DNA of 64,000 nucleotides from Marsupella aquatica (Eukaryota; Plantae; Marchantiophyta): NCBI GenBank assembly GCA_973895155.1, contig OZ316899.1, positions 9,980,287 to 10,044,286 of the forward strand, read 5' to 3'. Shown piece by piece: positions 57,653 to 64,000 of this stretch (position 1 is its first letter; each line of letters starts with the position of its first letter). The notes under the pieces were generated by a model. It saw only the letters and a program-made list of their open reading frames with translations, ran no database searches and was not told where the DNA came from. The position numbers and the translations under genes were made by a program.

Positions 57653-60600
57653 TCCAAAAACATGTCGGTGACTGATATCAGTCACTAATAACTGATGAGA
57701 TTGCTCCTCTCCTCAGCCCCACAAAACACAAATGTTAACGCTCCAAGTCAGAGCTCACTTCAGCTGAGGTGGACATTGCAACTAGAAGCTCTCACACATT
57801 AGAGCCAAAGTCACAATACACAAAACAAGGAGTCAACACAACCAACATAATTAATGACCTTGGCTTCTTCTTATTCTCCTCAAATTCAACTACGATTGAG
57901 ACAATAGAAACTTTACCAAGTACCATTCACTATAGGCAGTATGGAGCCTGAGACTACCATCGTTGTTCAAAATTGAGGTGATGAAAGTGAGTTGGCATCA
58001 GTGGATACAATGAGAGGGGAAAAATTTCAGATGTCTGGAGTTGAAAGAACCCAACAAACAGACTACCAAAATTAGAAAGAACCCAACAGACTACCACAAT
58101 TAGAAAGAACCCAATAGATAGACTACTAGCGGAACTGACAGAGTACCGGTCTCATGGGAGTTACAGGTCTTGTCTTTCAAACATAAGTGTAAGCAACCAT
58201 TTCAAGGCCAAACTTTATTAACTCCCCAAAACAGAGCACAAGCAAGCAAAGGATTTAAGCCAACCCGTTAGAGTTCAATGCAGCAGCTCCCAAGTGTGCT
58301 CAGGTAAGCTTGGCTCAAAATCAGCCTCAACAGCTCCCACGTTGAGTACCACTGATTATAGGCAATACGGAGCCTGAGATACCATCATTGTTCAAATTTG
58401 AGGTGAGGAAAGAGTGTACCAAAATTCTAGAGAACCCAATACCAAACATGCGGTGGCCTTACATGTCATTCCTATATTTATCTTCATAACAAAGTGTTTT
58501 ATTTTCATAAGCAAGTTAAAGTCAAGCTCGAAATACACTTACAACCAGCCGAATGTCAACAGCGCTCACTGCGGAAGGTTGAGATGTGTCGCTGATGGTA
58601 GCGCGTTTGCAATCCCCTCCACCTGACCAGCTGCAGCTCACAGTCATTTTCATTCATGTGTATCCTGTACCTCATTCATTTCCTCATTATTTTCCCGAAC
58701 TCAAATATTGGACTGCCATTTAGTTTCTTTAAGCCTGTCTTTAATTTCTAACACCATGGAAGATTCAACTTATTGAGTAATGACTTGAACCAGAGCAAAC
58801 TAGAACGAACAAAACATCTCACGACATCATGGACAATTCCAGTGACAAAATACAAGATACAGAACAGGATACAAAAGAGGACATGGCAAAAAGGACGAGT
58901 TGTAGGCTTGGAACAAGAGGAATGACAGAGAGACTCCACAGTCTATCTTACCTTCACAAACTCTGAAAGATTTTACAAGCATTACAATGTGCAAATGAAT
59001 GAGCTCTCAAGACCAAAAACATTTTCGCCTACACTGAAACAAAGTCCACAAACTCTGTACCCAACCGCTGTTGGAGGAGCACATTCCCCACAATCGATTG
59101 AAAAAGCACATTCAACCTGAACTGAGAGCGATTCCGGAAGGACGAACGGGCATTGAGTCATAGACAATCATATCAGTTTGGGGTCCCAGGCGCATCTGTG
59201 ATAGGAAGAAATTGCTTGGCTACGGTTGTGATGGCAGGGCGGGTGCAGTAGGAGGCACTCATCAGGCAGCTAGGGAGGGAAGGGAGGGGAGGGAGAGAGG
59301 GAAGGGAGAAGAGGGAGAGATGGAAGGGAGAGGAAGGAAACTTTGAAAATCCCTGGGGGAAGTCACTCTGTCTTACCAGCATTTACAACAAATGAAGGTG
59401 ACAGGTCCTTAAACCCTATCCCGAGTCACGATCATAAAATGCAGCTTGCATCACACAGTTAAAAGAACTAAGGCAACGAAACAAAACAAAACGAACGGAA
59501 CCTCCCAATCCCATAAGCCCCGCGGGGACAGGCGCACCAGTGTGACTACCACTAGCCCTCACATCCGAGCTGTTGTTTCCTTGAGAAAAACTGAGAGTAG
59601 AACTAATCTACGAGTCTGCGTTGTGTTGTGTTTGCTCGTCTACTCCGTATTTGGCAGCTTGATTTGAGGCAACTCAAGGCCTTGGACAACCTTTAACAGC
59701 AGTTAAGCTACAATAGGTTGGGCACTTACAAAGAATGAGCGATTGGCTCGGGGATCGGCTCCTTTGTCGTGGTCACTCACCTGGCCTAAACACTGAACTC
59801 CAGGCGAATGAGCTCCAGGCGATTGGGTGCGTGATTGATTCGGCGATTGTAACAACAGGCAGCAGGCGATTGAAGGAAGTAGCATTTGGCAATGGACCTA
59901 GGCAGCTCGTGAATTGAGCTCAGCAGATGTCGCCCATCACCTTTCTCTTCATAGCAATGGAGCTCAAGAGCGCAAGCGATGTGACCTAGACCCTAAACTC
60001 TTTGCAACAAAATGGAGCTCGACAGCGCAACATTGGCGGGGGGGGGGAATCGAACAACACACATCGGGGCTGGGAAATGCTCAGCCAGGCTCCCCTCACC
60101 CTAAGTTGCGGTGAGAAGGGCTGATTGTTGTTTGGGGGGCCTAAACCAGTTCCGCCTTGTATTTAGCCCCCGAGTACTCCCTGTATTTTGCCCCCAACTT
60201 CACAAAAGTCTATGATTTGCCTAAGCCCCATTTTCCTTTTTGTGAGAACCAAAGGACTTAGGCTGACGTTATATGCGGGGTGAGTGGTTAGGAAACAACT
60301 TTGAACCACCCCTTTGGTGAAAAACGGGGACAAATGGTCAGATATGAGTAAACATGACCATTATGAAAAGTATTCTTTTTTAGGGTAAGGTATTGAAGAC
60401 CTGATCATATTGTGAATATGTGTCACATTTAGGTTGGACTTATTGATTTTGACAAGCATGCATTGCTTGTCAAAAATATTAAGACAAAGCATTGCATGGA
60501 CTTATTGAATAAATGTAGGTGTCAAAATAAGGTCTTGACAAACTGAAAAACCATGCGTTATCATGCAAATCTTGTTTATTTTTTGTCGTGGAAAGGCAGT

Positions 60601-63291
60601 GATAAGATAATAATTAGTGGCTGCAAATCTGAGTTAAGAATGTTTAGAGGAGGTAAGAAAATTAGGATTATCCCAAATGGTATGAGTTGGGTGGGGTCAA
60701 ATGGCATTAGATTGTGGTGTTAAACCCTAAAGCTGTACTACATATATTCCGCTCTATTGTACACGGAGTCACTTATATAACTTCATTCTTGTTGGCTTAA
60801 CTTAGTTAAAGTTATAACTTCCCCAATAGTTATAAAAATGACTTCCCCAGGAATACCCCTGAACTAAGCCCACAACTTGTAACTAAGGTGACTCCAACAA
60901 TCTAGGAGTCATAAATTCTGACCGGTCTCATTGGAGTCACTAAAGGCAGGGTCTCAAAATGGGTCAGTTTCTTTTAGTGATGTTTAAGAAAACAACCATA
61001 TAAGCGCTCACTGAAATGTTGACATAATGAGACCCACCATTCCATGATAAATAATAGACAATACACAGGCCATTCTAAGAAGACGCGCTTTCTTTAACAG
61101 TCAAAATGAATCCATACTTCTGCAAACTTTGGCTAGTGCCAGGCGCTAGCGACAGAAAATACTTATCTTTTCAAAAGAAATGGGTACGTTGTCAGACCCT
61201 TGCTTATGAGCTAATAAGCCTTATTGTACTAAAAGCTTGCACTTGATAGCTCTTTATCACCAGGAACTACGGGAGGGACGCTCCATAAGAAGGAACTACC
61301 TCTATTTCCATTAAGCCTTTGCTTCTCCTTGAGACTGTGCAGATGTATTTGGTTTGCGTCACCAGAAATGGGTATTCTTTGGTTTCCACCGCTGGAAATG
61401 TCCCCCTACCCGGCAAGACAACTAATCTAGGTCTCCCTTACCCAAAGAGAAGACTTCTGGACTCACAACAATCATATGAGCAACATGCTAGACCACAAGG
61501 GCCTCAAGATTTCAGATGAGTGCACATCAACAATTTCTTTCCCAGAAATGCGCTGAAATTTTATAAGAATTTCAAAGGAAGTACATGGGTAGGTTGTCAC
61601 TACCTACTTGCTATACTTTAGCTTCTTCAACTCCTACTACTTAACACTATGGTCCTTTCAAGCCTCAAGGCATACACTTGAGTTCTAGTACCCCTAGAAC
61701 ATCTACCTTAGTTCCCCTAAGGTCTCTTAGTGCTACTCCTTGATTCTCCATACTTGGACCCACACAAAGTAACTCACACCAACTTAAGTACTCCTTGCTT
61801 GGCTTCAACTCATCACAAAGTCCAAAACCACCCCAAAGGCCAGCAAGTGACTTACCACTAAAAAAAGACCAGCCCACCTTTCAAGAGGGTCAAAGATCCT
61901 TACTTATCCTCCTAACTATTTCACTAACTCACTTGTTTGTCTTACCTAACTAATGAGCTAGTTGGTGGCCTTTTGAAAGCCTAAATCAACTCCTTGATTT
62001 TAGCCCTTCATTCAGGTCCACCTCACCTCCTGACTTGGCTGTCCTATCCCTCCAAATCAGGGACTAAGTCAGCCTCCAAAGTACAGTCATCCCTATCTAC
62101 CAAATAGCTCTAAAAATAGTAGAGGGATCAACTTCCAATGGCCCTCCAAGTTCCTCCAAAGTCTCCATGTAACTCAGGTCCTTAGGTACCCTCCATGTTG
62201 GCTTTAAGGACTCCACTCCTTACCCTCCTTATTCCTGGACTCCAGAACCAGCCTAGGTCCCCTTGACATGAAAGAGCCCTTCTCCAGGCCTCACCCATCC
62301 GATTAGGGCCTTGCGAATGACCCAAGCATGGTACCTCCTTACCGTACTGGTTAGTGGCTTGGTAATCTGGTTGTCCTCTCTGAAATGCTTGAGGTACACC
62401 TTGGTGAAAGCCCTCAGATTTGAACTTCTGCCCCTCTTGTCCACCTTTGAGCAAGCTAGGTATTGGGCCAGCCAAATGTCGGGTCGGCATTTGCTCTCCC
62501 ATGCTTACTCCACAAGGTGAACTTAGCCTTGTGGACCAGGGGAGGAAAATGCTGATCAGGCAGCCCTCTTGGATCAGGAACTCTGGGATCAGCCATGCAC
62601 TTTGATTGTAGTCCCACTTGACCTCCTTTTAGAGCCTTACCACGATCGAAACCTCTCAAGTAGCTGGCAATATCAAACTGTTATACAACCTGACTTCCAA
62701 GAGAATCTTAGTGAACTCCCAATCCTCCTAGCTTGTGCTAGCCTCTAGCCACCATCGATAGCTTTCCAATGTGTTTAAAAGTACTCCAATTGAGTCTAAA
62801 CTAAGTGAGTTATTCAGGTTTCAGCAGAACCCATCGATATCGTCACTTTAAACTAGGGTCAGCCTTATCTCAAGGCTCAATTACTGGTGTAAACTCGGTT
62901 TGATTGACCCTGCATGTGTAAACTCAGGTGTACAAAGCCAAACAGTAACCCCGTGAGACTACAAACGTAAAGGCCCAGTACTCCTGTGAAATATAAGCCC
63001 TGTGAAATATAAGCCCTGGTCTTGACAGTAAGTGCATGGGTGAACGGAGAGAAAGAACTCATGGAAATAGGAGAATGAATGCTTCCAATCTATGGCAGAG
63101 TCGACTGCCTGATTCAGTTTGGAGCAAGGAGAGAACTAAGCTAGAACTTAGAGAACTGAACTTGTTTGAAGGGATCGTGGGTTATTTGAAGGAAGTCTGG
63201 CCAGTGCTTCCGTTCAGACCAGCCCTTTCATTCTCACAAAAATATCTCCCTTCCATGTGTTCTTCTCTCGACTGTCGGTTGACCTTGGTAG

Positions 63292-63440
63292 CATTCAATT
63301 GCTGAAGTCCAAAGAGCAGCCATTCTAATTTCAGAATATATCTATGGACTTGATCCTACATTCAATTGCTGAAGCCCAAAGAGCAGCCATTCTAATTTCA
63401 GAATATATCTATGGACTTGATCCTGCATTCAATTCCTGAA
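63292..63440. repeat. 67-bp tandem duplication
   Basis: CATTCAATT(G/C)CTGAAG recurs at 63292, 63359 and 63426. Confidence 0.85.
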
Positions 63441-64000
63441 GTTAAGGGCCACAGCTCAGATTTCTTGTCAATCGCCCTAGCTGAGGAAATGGTCTTCTAG
63501 CTGTCCACTGTGCCACCTCAAAGTTCCCCTATAGAAGGTGTAAGTTGATTTCGCCTGAAGAGCCCCCTTGTTAGCGGTCGATGACTTCTCCTTTCTGTAA
63601 AATATTCTCTCTGATTCAGAAATTTCAATCTTCTCTATTAATTTCTCTTCCAGCCTTTGCTTTCCCTTCGATCTCCTCCTTTAATTCGTGCTCCAGGATT
63701 TCCTCTTCTAGTTCAGGTCTTCTGATTCTCCTTGAGCCCAGCATTCCAGCCCAGTTCTTCTTACTTGATTTGGTGGAGTATTGGCTCTCCATTCAGCTGC
63801 AGCGTTGAGCTCCATTCTCCCTTCAATTTCACTTTGATTTTTGCTCTATTGAATTCTGGGCTCGACACCTGGCCTTAGCTAGCTCTTTTACATTGTAACC
63901 CTGCCCTTTACAGATGTAAATGAGTCCACCACGTTTCTCTACGCAGCTGAATTACCCCTTTGTATGCACAAAGAACATTCCTCCCTTTAAGTTTCCCTTT

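Larger units (their letters stand above)
42255..57711. mobile_element. Mutator-like element (MULE), 15,457 bp, carrying Ulp1, ParB-like and MTase-like cargo
   Basis: 9-bp TSD CTCAGCCCC at 42246-42254 and 57712-57720. Imperfect ~31-bp TIRs (GAGGGGAG...CATCAGTTATCAGTCAC / GAGAGGAG...CATCAGTTATTAGTGAC). Subterminal repeats and DDE+SWIM transposase. Confidence 0.9.

Noticed and set aside
57930-58412. ~60-bp direct repeat pair (~57930 and ~58357) as TRIM/mini-LTR
   Set aside because: No TG..CA ends, PBS, PPT or TSD identified.
61200-64000. Possible degraded retroelement ORF/LTR on the minus strand
   Set aside because: The region is purine-skewed with short broken ORFs, but no recognisable domain, terminus or TSD can be supported within the window.

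Overview
Repeat-dense eukaryotic DNA, most likely from a non-seed land plant (inferred from plant-type RPL18a, EDM2-like PHD and tRNA-Asn PBS sequences, GT-AG introns and plant TE families). The window is nearly all nested mobile elements. (1) ~1-13505: a decayed DNA transposon with a DUF7869/Sola-like DDE transposase (-) and a divergent ParB/Srx-like gene (+), separated by arrays of a 21-bp palindrome, with a truncated LTR retroelement inserted (5340-10420). (2) 15825-31318: a young full-length Ty3/Gypsy non-chromovirus element (TSD CCCCC). Its 4636-bp LTRs each contain a ~1113-codon ORF, and Gag-PR joins RT-RH-IN through a candidate -1 frameshift signal. (3) 33354-37373: a 4020-bp solo LTR of a second family (TSD ATGGG) with an intact, homologous 872-aa ORF. 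(4) A CACTA remnant plus F-box-, BRCT-, EDM2-PHD-, ubiquitin- and RPL18a-like fragments. (5) 42255-57711: a 15.5-kb Mutator-like element (9-bp TSD) with a DDE/SWIM transposase (+) and a divergent ParB-like / N6-N4-methyltransferase-like / Ulp1 gene (-), carrying roughly 100 copies of a 23-bp palindrome. There are two candidate novel systems: protein-coding giant LTRs whose solo LTRs look like complete gene cassettes, and a 'ParB-like(+MTase-like) protein plus element-specific palindrome arrays' module shared by two unrelated DNA-transposon superfamilies. All domain calls are by-eye motif recognition, not database searches.
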